Virus record (IMG/VR): IMGVR_UViG_3300020050_002145 | DNA: 24,898 nt | Reading direction: 5' to 3' (one strand) | Source of the DNA: an uncultured virus (IMG/VR IMGVR_UViG_3300020050_002145) | Lineage: Duplodnaviria; Heunggongvirae; Uroviricota; Caudoviricetes | Part shown: piece after piece, positions 8,428 through 16,132 of the stretch | Layout: each line of letters starts with the position of its first letter | Position numbering within the stretch: the first letter of the stretch is position 1 | Notes under the pieces: generated by a model | The model's input: the letters and a program-made list of their open reading frames with translations, nothing else | Database searches by the model: none | Told to the model about the DNA's origin: nothing | Translations under genes and position numbers: made by a program

Positions 8428-8821
8428 AATCGCTATTGCAACAGAATCAGGTGAAGTATCAACCTTGCCGGAAACAGCAGAACAGAAAGCCAAGCAATTA
8501 CCTCGCCCTTCTGGGTACAAGATTCTTTGTGCTATCCCAGATATTGAGGAGAAATACGAAAGTGGTTTAATTAAAGCCGATACTACGAAAAAACATGAGG
8601 AGATTCTTGCCACAGTTTATTTTGTTGTGTCACTAGGCCCTGATTGCTATACCGATACAGAACGCTACCCCACAGGTCCGTGGTGTAAGGAAGGCGATTT
8701 TATTTTGGTACGCCCACATACCGGCACCAGAATCAAGATTCATGGCAAAGAGTTCCGCATTATCAATGAAGATAGCGTGGATGGTGTTGTCGAAGACCCC
8801 CGTGGTATATCACGAGCATAA
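8420..8821 (+). CDS. groES: Phage-encoded co-chaperonin GroES/Cpn10
   Basis: LPRPSGYKIL, mobile loop EEKYESGLI, VVSLGPD, CKEGDFILV, GTRIKIHGKEFRIINEDSVDGVV match the Cpn10 pattern. Start trimmed to ATG 8420. Confidence 0.9.
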   Translation: MTEIAIATESGEVSTLPETAEQKAKQLPRPSGYKILCAIPDIEEKYESGLIKADTTKKHEEILATVYFVVSLGPDCYTDTERYPTGPWCKEGDFILVRPHTGTRIKIHGKEFRIINEDSVDGVVEDPRGISRA

Positions 8822-8831
8822 GGAGTAACAC

Positions 8832-9779
8832 ATGGCTGAAAACAATATGGAAAAAGTGGAATTTGAGTTCCCTGATCCTGATGCAAAAGAAAGTAAGAAA
8901 GTAGCAGCGGAATCTGACGATGACATTGAGATAGATGTCGTAGATGATACTCCGGCGAAAGACCGTAACAGAAAACCTGCTGATCCCCCACAAGATATAA
9001 CGGAGGAAGAACTAGGTGAGTATTCTGAAAAGGTTCGTAAACGGATACAACATTTTAGTAAAGGCTACCATGACGAGCGTAGGGCAAAAGAAGCCGCCTT
9101 TCGTGAACGTGAGGAAGCTGTTCGTATTGCCAAACTTGTTGCAGACGAGAATAAACGTCTCAAGGGTACGGTTAATAAGAACCAAGAGGCACTTCTTGAG
9201 CAAGCTAAACTTGCTGCTAGTTTGGAGTTGGAAGACGTCAAACGTGTGTATAAGCAAGCTTATGAAGCAGGTGATTCTGATGCAGTAGTAAATGCTCAAG
9301 AAGCGTTAACCGCTGCCAAAATGAAGGCAGAAAGAGTAAACAATTTTAAATTAAACACTTTACAAGAAAACGAAAATGAGGTACAACAGCCGCAATACGC
9401 TCCTCAGGCATACGTAGATGAGAAAGCTACCCGGTGGCAACAAACTAATCCGTGGTACGGCTCAGACGACGAGATGACCAGCTTTGCATTGGGGCTGCAT
9501 ACAAAATTGGTTAAACAAGGGGTAGACCCCCGAAGTGACGAATACTACGAGAAGATAAATTCTCGTATGCGCCAAGTGTTCCCAGAACAGTTTGATGATG
9601 GGGATCAAGAACTAACGGAGGAAGCTCCACGCCGTAGGAATGTCGTTGCGCCCGTGACTAGAAGTACAGCACCTAAGAAAATTGTGCTGACACAGACGCA
9701 AGTTTCAATCGCAAAACGGCTAGGTGTACCGTTAGAACTATACGCCAAACAGGTTGCTGAAGATATGAGGAAACAATAA
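8832..9779 (+). CDS. Putative capsid scaffolding protein
   Basis: Acidic N-terminus, long coiled coil, WQQTNPWY segment and a C-terminal helix-turn-helix (QVSIAKRLGVPLELYAK); located upstream of the capsid genes. Confidence 0.65.
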   Translation: MAENNMEKVEFEFPDPDAKESKKVAAESDDDIEIDVVDDTPAKDRNRKPADPPQDITEEELGEYSEKVRKRIQHFSKGYHDERRAKEAAFREREEAVRIAKLVADENKRLKGTVNKNQEALLEQAKLAASLELEDVKRVYKQAYEAGDSDAVVNAQEALTAAKMKAERVNNFKLNTLQENENEVQQPQYAPQAYVDEKATRWQQTNPWYGSDDEMTSFALGLHTKLVKQGVDPRSDEYYEKINSRMRQVFPEQFDDGDQELTEEAPRRRNVVAPVTRSTAPKKIVLTQTQVSIAKRLGVPLELYAKQVAEDMRKQ

Positions 9780-10228
9780 TGGCTGAAAATAAAGTAAACC
9801 GTGAACAACAAACCCGTGAAGCCGCCGTACGTAAGCGTTCTTGGCAACGTCCGGGTGGTCTCCCTGATCCAACACCGGAACCGGGATATAAATTTCATTG
9901 GGTACGTATAAGTACTCGTGGCGAAATGGATGCCACTAATGTGACCTCTAAATATGGAGAAGGCTGGGAACCTGTAAAAGCGTCAGATCATCCAGAGATT
10001 CAAGTTTTCCACACGGAAAATGATCGTTTCAAGGACAGCATTGTTATTGGCGGACTGATGTTATGCAAAACCCCATCTGAGTTTGTTGAGGAACGTAATG
10101 CTCATTATCGTGAGCAAGCCGATGCCCAGATGCGCTCAGTAGACAACAATTTTATGCGAGAAAATAACCCGATTATGCCTCTGTTTTCAGAGCGTAAATC
10201 TAAGGTTACTTTTGGCTCTGGTTCTTAA
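9779..10228 (+). CDS. Head-module hypothetical protein
   Basis: 149 aa, TAATG-coupled, lies between scaffold and capsid genes (GYKFHWVR, EGWEPV, GGLMLCK). Confidence 0.75.
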   Translation: MAENKVNREQQTREAAVRKRSWQRPGGLPDPTPEPGYKFHWVRISTRGEMDATNVTSKYGEGWEPVKASDHPEIQVFHTENDRFKDSIVIGGLMLCKTPSEFVEERNAHYREQADAQMRSVDNNFMRENNPIMPLFSERKSKVTFGSGS

Positions 10229-10244
10229 TTTTTTGGAGTAATTT

Positions 10245-11075
10245 ATGGCATATCCCGTTATAGATGCCCCTTACGGGCTACAGCCGGTCAATTTGATCGG
10301 AGGTCAGGTATTTGCGGGTTCTACTCGTGAATATCCAATCACTAATGGTTATTCTACGAACATTTTCTACGGTGATTACGTAGGTTTGTCTCGTGGTGAA
10401 ATCGTTCGCTTGTCTGTGTCTACTGGCACAGCAGGTAACCAAACTGGCATCTTTTTAGGATGTTCGTTTACCAACCCCGTCACAAAACAAAAGCAATTTC
10501 AACAATTCTGGCCCGCATCAACTGCGGCTGGTGATGCAGTAGCTATTGTTTCTGACGACCCTGATGCAGTTTTCAAAGGTGTTGTTTGCTCTGCTACTAC
10601 TGTTATTGCTTCTGGCGCTCGTGCCATGATCGGTCAAAATTTGGCAATGATCAACAATACAGGTAGTCTCGCATCCGGCAACTCTAGGAACGCAATCTTG
10701 GCCCCTACTGATACCCCTGCCACCACTTCTTCCTTGCCAGTTCGTGTGCTTGGTTTAGTGCCTGACACGGCTGTTTCTTTAGGTACGGCAACGTTTACTA
10801 GCATTTCTACTGCTACTGTGACCTGTTCGGCATTGCCGTTTGCGTTGCCAGTTGGCACTGATGTTGGTTCGCTGCTCTCGAACGGTCAATATATCAGTTC
10901 GGGTTCTTTTGTTGATACAGCGGCTTCTGCCGGTGCTACCTCGTTTATCTTGAATCAAGCTCCTGCCGCAGCTTTTGGCGCTAGTTCTACGCTTGTGTTT
11001 ATGCAGTATCCAGAGATTCTGGTCAAGATTAACTTTGGTCAGCATCAGTATTACGCTGGCACCAGCATCGCTTAA
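10245..11075 (+). CDS. Putative capsid decoration/cement protein
   Basis: GGAG RBS; beta-rich G/S/T/A composition; immediately upstream of the major capsid gene. Confidence 0.6.
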   Translation: MAYPVIDAPYGLQPVNLIGGQVFAGSTREYPITNGYSTNIFYGDYVGLSRGEIVRLSVSTGTAGNQTGIFLGCSFTNPVTKQKQFQQFWPASTAAGDAVAIVSDDPDAVFKGVVCSATTVIASGARAMIGQNLAMINNTGSLASGNSRNAILAPTDTPATTSSLPVRVLGLVPDTAVSLGTATFTSISTATVTCSALPFALPVGTDVGSLLSNGQYISSGSFVDTAASAGATSFILNQAPAAAFGASSTLVFMQYPEILVKINFGQHQYYAGTSIA

Positions 11076-11089
11076 AGGAGTAACATAAA

Positions 11090-11998
11090 ATGGCTATTTC
11101 ACGTGCACAACTACTTAAAGAACTCTTACCGGGTTTGAATGCCTTGTTTGGTATGGAATACAAACGCTATGGCGAAGAACACAAAGAAATCTACGAAACC
11201 GAGACTTCTGAGCGTTCATTTGAAGAAGAAACAAAACTGTCAGGCTTCACTGCAGCACCTGTTAAAAACGAAGGCTCTGCTATTCGTTACGACAATGCTC
11301 AAGAAGCATGGACAGCTCGCTACAACCACGAAACCATCGCTATGGGCTTTTCAATCACTGAAGAGGCTATGGAAGATAACTTGTACGACTCATTGTCCTC
11401 ACGTTATACAAAATCTTTGGCTCGTGCTATGGCGTACACCAAGCAAGTTAAAGCTGCAGCTATCCTGAACAACGGTTTTAGCTCTGCATTTACCTATGGT
11501 GACGGCGTTTCTTTATTCAGCACTGCTCATCCACTAGTATCTGGTGGTGTTAACAGCAACACTTTCACTACTCCTGCTGATTTGAACGAAACTTCTTTGG
11601 AAGCTGCCGTTATTCAGATCGCTGGTTGGACTGATGAACGTGGTCTGTTGATCGCTGCTAAACCAAAGAAGCTGATCGTTCCACCAAATCTGCAATTCGT
11701 TGCAACTCGTTTATTAGAGACCGAACTCCGTGTTGGTACAACTGATAACGACATCAACGCAATCAAGAACAATGGTTCGATCCCAGAAGGCTACACCATC
11801 AATCACTATCTGACCGACACAAACGGTTGGTTCTTGACCACTGATGTACCTAATGGCTTGAAGCATTTCGTTCGTATGCCTTTATCCACCTCTACTGATG
11901 GTGACTTCGATACAGGTAACGTACGTTACAAAGCTCGTGAGCGTTATTCCTTTGGTGTATCTGATCCATTGGGCGCATTTGCTTCACCGGGTGCGTAA
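11090..11998 (+). CDS. Major capsid protein (HK97 fold, Mu gpT-like family)
   Basis: 302 aa, strong AAGGAG RBS, codon usage of a highly expressed gene, followed by a terminator. Motifs GDGVSLFSTAHP, PKKLIVPP, YLTDTNGWFL, DFDTGNVRYKARERYSFG. Confidence 0.9.
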   Translation: MAISRAQLLKELLPGLNALFGMEYKRYGEEHKEIYETETSERSFEEETKLSGFTAAPVKNEGSAIRYDNAQEAWTARYNHETIAMGFSITEEAMEDNLYDSLSSRYTKSLARAMAYTKQVKAAAILNNGFSSAFTYGDGVSLFSTAHPLVSGGVNSNTFTTPADLNETSLEAAVIQIAGWTDERGLLIAAKPKKLIVPPNLQFVATRLLETELRVGTTDNDINAIKNNGSIPEGYTINHYLTDTNGWFLTTDVPNGLKHFVRMPLSTSTDGDFDTGNVRYKARERYSFGVSDPLGAFASPGA

Positions 11999-12013
11999 TT
12001 AGTAAAAACTGAG

Positions 12014-12037
12014 AAGGGACCTTCGGGTCCCTTTTTT
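12014..12037 (+). terminator. Rho-independent terminator after the capsid gene
   Basis: AAGGGACC-TTCG-GGTCCCTT-TTTT. Confidence 0.93.
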
Positions 12038-12053
12038 ATTTATTGGAGTAGCT

Positions 12054-12257
12054 ATGTCTGACTTTATACAGAAACAAATTGAGTCTTCAGAGCGTTTATA
12101 CAAAATGATGTTGGATGATCATAAAGAACGTATTGGAAAGATTACAGAAGCGTATAATTTGAGTGAAAGTCTTTTAAATAAATTAAAAGAGCGTGATGAA
12201 GAGATAGCAAAACTGCGCCATAAACTGAGCGTGTACGAAACACTAGAGCGCATGTAG
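12054..12257 (+). CDS. Small coiled-coil hypothetical protein (67 aa)
   Basis: GGAG RBS; heptad-like pattern LLNKLKERDEEIAKLRHKL. Confidence 0.75.
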   Translation: MSDFIQKQIESSERLYKMMLDDHKERIGKITEAYNLSESLLNKLKERDEEIAKLRHKLSVYETLERM

Positions 12258-12347
12258 CCTGTTTTTGATTTGTAATATTTGTGGTGTAGTATTAAATGGC
12301 AGTCGAGGTGGCTGTGGGCATGTTGTCATTTTAATACGGAGAATATT

Positions 12348-12587
12348 ATGAAAGTTAGAGTTACTTTTGAGTGCGATTACGATGAGTTGTTTGATACCTA
12401 CGAGTACGAAGAGTACGAAGAGTTTGAGGATGACGAAGATGACATCGAATACGATGAAGACGGTGTAGCTTGGTGGTTTGATGCAGAAGAAGAAATCTGG
12501 TATTTCTTTGATGAAGACGAAGATGATTGGTTTGAGTGGGACGAATCCGAGTACTACGACTTTGAAGATGAAGAAGTAGCTGCTTGA
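12348..12587 (+). CDS. Hyper-acidic, aromatic-rich mini-protein (79 aa)
   Basis: ATG 12348 with a GGAGA RBS at 12338-12342. 39/79 residues Asp/Glu, 21/79 aromatic. Followed by a terminator. Confidence 0.8.
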   Translation: MKVRVTFECDYDELFDTYEYEEYEEFEDDEDDIEYDEDGVAWWFDAEEEIWYFFDEDEDDWFEWDESEYYDFEDEEVAA

Positions 12588-12952
12588 TCTAAGGGGGCTT
12601 CGGCCTCCTTTTTCTTTTTCTGTAGCAATTCTGCGTCATGTAACTTTCTGTGGCAATTTGCACAAAGGACAATACAGCGTTCTTCTATTTCTTTTAACGC
12701 CCCTTTGTAATTTCCATTTGTAAGTAGCTTATTAACTTTTTTATTATCTTTTGCCCTAACAACATGGTGAAAATCAAAGGTAGCGGGGTGGTTTTCTCCA
12801 CACTGTACACACGATAAAGTCGCTTTGTATAGTCGCCATTTTTCCCTATATTTTTCTTTATTGGACTTAATAGTCGCTTTAATCTTAGCTGTATGTTTAG
12901 CGTAATGCCGTTTAGCTATCTCTTTTTTCTTTTCTTTATCTTTAACCGGCAT
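12554..12952 (-). CDS. HNH endonuclease (free-standing, antisense to the late operon)
   Basis: CVQCG...FDFHHV...CIVLCANCHRKLH is the zinc-binding HNH pattern; basic N-terminus; AGGT RBS. Confidence 0.9.
   Translation of the reverse strand: MPVKDKEKKKEIAKRHYAKHTAKIKATIKSNKEKYREKWRLYKATLSCVQCGENHPATFDFHHVVRAKDNKKVNKLLTNGNYKGALKEIEERCIVLCANCHRKLHDAELLQKKKKEAEAPLDQAATSSSSKS
12591..12613 (+). terminator. Rho-independent terminator
   Basis: AAGGGGGC-TTCG-GCCTCCTT-TTT directly after the stop at 12587; lies inside the antisense HNH ORF. Confidence 0.85.
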
Positions 12953-12980
12953 ACATACCTTGATTAAGTATGAAAAACGC

Positions 12981-13008
12981 TTGCATTCTATATTAGATAT
13001 GGTATAAC
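12981..13008 (+). promoter_or_regulatory. Possible sigma70-like rightward promoter
   Basis: TTGCAT, 16-nt spacer, TATAAC with a TGn extension. Spacing and -10 are imperfect. Would start transcription just before the structured leader. Confidence 0.45.
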
Positions 13009-13017
13009 AACAACATT

Positions 13018-13090
13018 CCGGGAACTCCGGTGTGTCAAATAGCCCCGGCTAGTAACATGCAAATTGACGCACTTAACTCGCATGTGAGGA
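13018..13090 (+). ncRNA. Structured RNA leader with three interleaved stems (double pseudoknot); candidate Mu-gpT-DE-like motif
   Basis: P1 CCGGG 13018-22 / CCCGG 13044-48; P2 GTGTGTCAA 13030-38 / TTGACGCAC 13064-72; P3 ACATGC 13055-60 / GCATGT 13080-85, abutting the GAGGA RBS at 13086-90. Confidence 0.6.
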
Positions 13091-13098
13091 TATATATT

Positions 13099-13575
13099 AT
13101 GGGTTTCGCTACACACCTAGGCCCTTGGCTGCTCGGTACTGTTAAAAATACAACCGGTACCACTTCTGGTTTAGTTCGCAATATGGGCGCAACTGTAGTC
13201 GCTCAAACTATTCCTGTAACTTTCACCACGTTTACTAATTCATTGACCGGCACTTTAGGTTCAATCCCTGCTGGCTCGTTAATTACTGGCGTTCAGATCA
13301 TTACGTCTACTGACTTTAGCTCCGCTACTACATTAAAGATTACTATCGGTGGTACTGATGTAGCTACAGCTTCTACTATTACTTCAACTGGCTTTATTAG
13401 TGTAACAATAGCTTCTACTTTCGCTGCTACCGCTGCTAATACTGGCACAACTGACGACTTGATTACTTACACAGCTACTGGTACTTCTTTAACTACTGGT
13501 GCTGCTACTGTTGTAATTCAGTATGTTGTTCGTGACTCTAACGGCAACGCTAACCCTACTGCTACTCAACAATAA
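13099..13575 (+). CDS. Putative virion structural protein (158 aa, Thr-rich beta protein, MGFATHLGPW...)
   Basis: ATG 13099 after a GAGGA RBS (track start 13030 trimmed); composition and position after the capsid gene. Confidence 0.7.
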   Translation: MGFATHLGPWLLGTVKNTTGTTSGLVRNMGATVVAQTIPVTFTTFTNSLTGTLGSIPAGSLITGVQIITSTDFSSATTLKITIGGTDVATASTITSTGFISVTIASTFAATAANTGTTDDLITYTATGTSLTTGAATVVIQYVVRDSNGNANPTATQQ

Positions 13576-13590
13576 TAGGGAGGCATCATC

Positions 13591-13869
13591 ATGATGCAAA
13601 CAGACGTTAAAAGTGCGGCAGCGGCAGCAAATGCGACGACCACTATTTTTGGTGGTCCCACACGCATCAAAGGCATATCTATTAGCTATTCTACTGGTGC
13701 AACGGTTGTTTTAAACGACGGCACAGGCGGTACAGCGGTGTTCTCTTTTACTGCACCAGCGGCGGCGGGTTCTATCTACATGATGTTCCCCGGAGAAGGC
13801 ATTAAATGTAACTCCAACGTTTCTGCTGTGGTAAGCGCAACGACTACGGCGGTTGTGTTCTATGGCTAA
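13591..13869 (+). CDS. Small beta-rich putative virion protein (92 aa)
   Basis: GGGAGG RBS; pattern PTRIKGI...FPGEGIKC...VVFYG. Confidence 0.7.
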   Translation: MMQTDVKSAAAAANATTTIFGGPTRIKGISISYSTGATVVLNDGTGGTAVFSFTAPAAAGSIYMMFPGEGIKCNSNVSAVVSATTTAVVFYG

Positions 13870-14107
13870 GTCACCAGCATGGCAGAGAAAAGAAGGCAAG
13901 AACCCCGCTGGGGGTTTGAACGCCAAGGGGAGAGCCTCCGCGAAAAAGCAAGGCATGAATTTGAAAGCTCCCCAGCCGGAAGGCGGCTCAAGGAAAGAGT
14001 CGTTCTGCGCCCGTATGTCAGGTATGAAAAAGAAGCTTACATCTGCGAAAACAGCAAATGACCCGAATAGCCGCATCAATAAATCTTTGAGGGCGTGGAA
14101 ATGCTAG
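13862..14107 (+). CDS. Small basic phage protein (81 aa, MAKSPAWQRKEGK...SFCARM...SLRAWKC)
   Basis: ATG 13862 overlaps the upstream stop. I recall this as a recurrent phage family of unknown function (not verified). Confidence 0.75.
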   Translation: MAKSPAWQRKEGKNPAGGLNAKGRASAKKQGMNLKAPQPEGGSRKESFCARMSGMKKKLTSAKTANDPNSRINKSLRAWKC

Positions 14108-14280
14108 ACCAACACGAAACAACTAAATACGCAGTTGATGCGTTATCTTTTATGACAGTACTAGGTACACTGATGGAAGCACTTCCAGCTATTGCGGCAT
14201 TATTTACTATCATCTGGACTGGTATACGTATCTGGGAAACCAAAACTGTTCAGAAATTTATACACAAGGACAGATCATGA
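14101..14280 (+). CDS. Small membrane protein, putative holin
   Basis: Hydrophobic stretch ALSFMTVLGTLMEALPAIAALFTIIWTGIRIW and a basic C-terminus. Confidence 0.55.
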   Translation: MLDQHETTKYAVDALSFMTVLGTLMEALPAIAALFTIIWTGIRIWETKTVQKFIHKDRS

Positions 14281-15200
14281 AACGCAAAATGAAAAAGTTT
14301 AACGAAGGTGGTAAGACCTACGAGCAAGAAGACGAAGGTATTTTTGGTGGCAAAGTAAATTACCGTGAAGATAAAGAAACAGGTAAAAAATATGTAGCTG
14401 GCAAGGCTAACCCTTTTGATCGTAATCCAGCAGAACAACGTTATTACTCTATGGATGACGTTAAGGGCAAACTATCTGGTTTGTTCGGTGGTAAGAAAGA
14501 AGATTCTTCGTCATCTAAGTTTGACGAATTAGAGTCAGTAGGTGGCGCAGGTCGTCGCCCTCGTACTATTGAAGAACAGATTGGTCGTAAAGCAGAAGAT
14601 AAACCTGCTAAGGGTATTGCTTCTAACTTTAAATCTTCTGAACCTAAATTTGAGCGTAATGACAATGAGAAGAGCCTACCTGATGTAAAGAAAGCTGCTC
14701 GTAAAGATAAAGGTGCTTCTGATGATAGAAAATCTTTAGGCGACAAAGCTAATCGATTACCCGGCAACGCAGCTGATAAGGATAAAAAAGTCACTCTACT
14801 ACCCGGTAGAGGGGATGATAAAAAGTCTTTAGGTGAAGGCGCTACCCGTATGTCATCTGAGTCAGTGGGCGACGCAAATAAATCGTCCGCGTACTATAAA
14901 AAGCCAGAAAAGAGCGAGAAAAAAGGCTTTAGTACTAAGATGGGAAAAACTAATGAAGAACGTGAAGCCCAAGCTAAAGCTAACCGTGAAGCGTTATCAG
15001 AATCTGTTTCAGGTATATCTAAATACTTCCGTAACCCGTTTACTGAAGAAAGAGAATATAAAAAGGATAAACCTTTTACCAGAAATTTAAATGCTAAACC
15101 TACTGCCGACCAGATGAAGAAAATGGCTAAAGGCGGTACAGTAAAATCAGCGTCAGCTCGTGCAGACGGCTGCGCTATAAGAGGTAAGACTCGTGCCTAG
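14277..15200 (+). CDS. Lys-rich low-complexity protein with GG tags and a DGxAxRGKT tail
   Basis: 307 aa, ATGA overlap. N-terminal KKFNEGG, internal DD(R/K)KSLG repeat, C-terminal KKMAKGGTVKSASARADGCAIRGKTRA. Confidence 0.8.
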   Translation: MKRKMKKFNEGGKTYEQEDEGIFGGKVNYREDKETGKKYVAGKANPFDRNPAEQRYYSMDDVKGKLSGLFGGKKEDSSSSKFDELESVGGAGRRPRTIEEQIGRKAEDKPAKGIASNFKSSEPKFERNDNEKSLPDVKKAARKDKGASDDRKSLGDKANRLPGNAADKDKKVTLLPGRGDDKKSLGEGATRMSSESVGDANKSSAYYKKPEKSEKKGFSTKMGKTNEEREAQAKANREALSESVSGISKYFRNPFTEEREYKKDKPFTRNLNAKPTADQMKKMAKGGTVKSASARADGCAIRGKTRA

Positions 15201-15627
15201 CGTTAGTAAGAAGCAAGAAAAGTTTATGCAAGCGGTGGCTCACAACCCTAAGTTTGCAAAAAAGGCGGGTGTTCCGCAAAGTGTGGGTAAAGAGTTCACT
15301 AAATCAGGAGGCGGTATGGTTACAAAAATGAATCCCGGCATGACGGCAATGATGAAGAAAAAAGCTCCAGCTAAGAAAATGGCAAAGGGTGGCTATGCTG
15401 ATGGCGGTATGCCAATGGTTATGAAAGACGGTCAAAAGGTTCCAGCATTTGCAGCAGACGGCAAAGGCAAGATGGCTAAAGGCGGTATGGCTATGAAGAA
15501 GATGGCTGGTGGCGGTTTAGCTGCTGGTCACAAAGCAGCTGACGGTGTTGCTTCTAAAGGCAAAACTAAAGCCGCCATGCCAAAGATGGCTGGTGCTAAA
15601 AACATGAAAAAGGGTGGGTACTGCTAA
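15193..15627 (+). CDS. Basic Met/Lys/Gly-rich protein with five [MY]xxGG repeats
   Basis: GTG start with GAGG RBS; MAKGG, YADGG, MAKGG, MAGGG, MKKGG; also ADGVASKGKTKA. Confidence 0.8.
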   Translation: MPSVSKKQEKFMQAVAHNPKFAKKAGVPQSVGKEFTKSGGGMVTKMNPGMTAMMKKKAPAKKMAKGGYADGGMPMVMKDGQKVPAFAADGKGKMAKGGMAMKKMAGGGLAAGHKAADGVASKGKTKAAMPKMAGAKNMKKGGYC

Positions 15628-15902
15628 TGATGGCCTCGCGCGGTATGGGTGATATTAACCCTTCCAAAATGCCCGGTGGGAAAAAGAAAGCCCGTCGGGA
15701 TAACACCGACTTTACTAAATATAAAGAAGGTGGAAAGGTTAATGCTGCTGGTAATTACACGAATCCCGGTCTACGTAAGAAGATTGTGTCTCAAGTAAAA
15801 GCCGCAGCAACGCACGGTACAGGCGCAGGTCAGTGGTCAGCACGTAAAGCTCAGCTTGTTGCTAAGAAATATAAAGCAGCAGGTGGAGGATATAAAGATT
15901 GA
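15627..15902 (+). CDS. Basic protein, N-terminal half of a DUF5872-like domain
   Basis: NYTNPGLRKKI...GQWSARKAQL...YKAAGGGY; also YKEGGKV. Family name is from memory. Confidence 0.7.
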   Translation: MMASRGMGDINPSKMPGGKKKARRDNTDFTKYKEGGKVNAAGNYTNPGLRKKIVSQVKAAATHGTGAGQWSARKAQLVAKKYKAAGGGYKD

Positions 15903-16132
15903 AAGCGCCGCAACAATCGCTTAAAAATTGGGGAGACCAGAAATGGACAACCAAAAGCGGAAAGCCATCGTCAAAGACAGGAGAGCGTTATCTCCCAGAA
16001 AAGGCGATAAAAGCACTAAGCCCCGCCGAGTATGCAGCCACAACGAAGGCAAAGCGAAAAGGCAAGGCAGCAGGTAAACAGTTTGTTAAACAGCCGAAAG
16101 GCATTGCAAAGAAAACAGCGGGGTATAGATAA
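15899..16132 (+). CDS. Basic protein, C-terminal half of a DUF5872-like domain
   Basis: TTG start in a TTGA overlap, GGAGGA RBS; QSLKNWGDQKWTTKSG...ERYLPEKAIKALS. Confidence 0.7.
   Translation: MKAPQQSLKNWGDQKWTTKSGKPSSKTGERYLPEKAIKALSPAEYAATTKAKRKGKAAGKQFVKQPKGIAKKTAGYR

Noticed and set aside
12279..12347. N-terminal extension of the acidic ORF given by the track
   Set aside because: The RBS sits before ATG 12348 and composition changes abruptly there
13030..13098. N-terminal extension of the 13099 gene
   Set aside because: The GAGGA RBS precedes ATG 13099, and the upstream segment is better explained as a structured RNA leader
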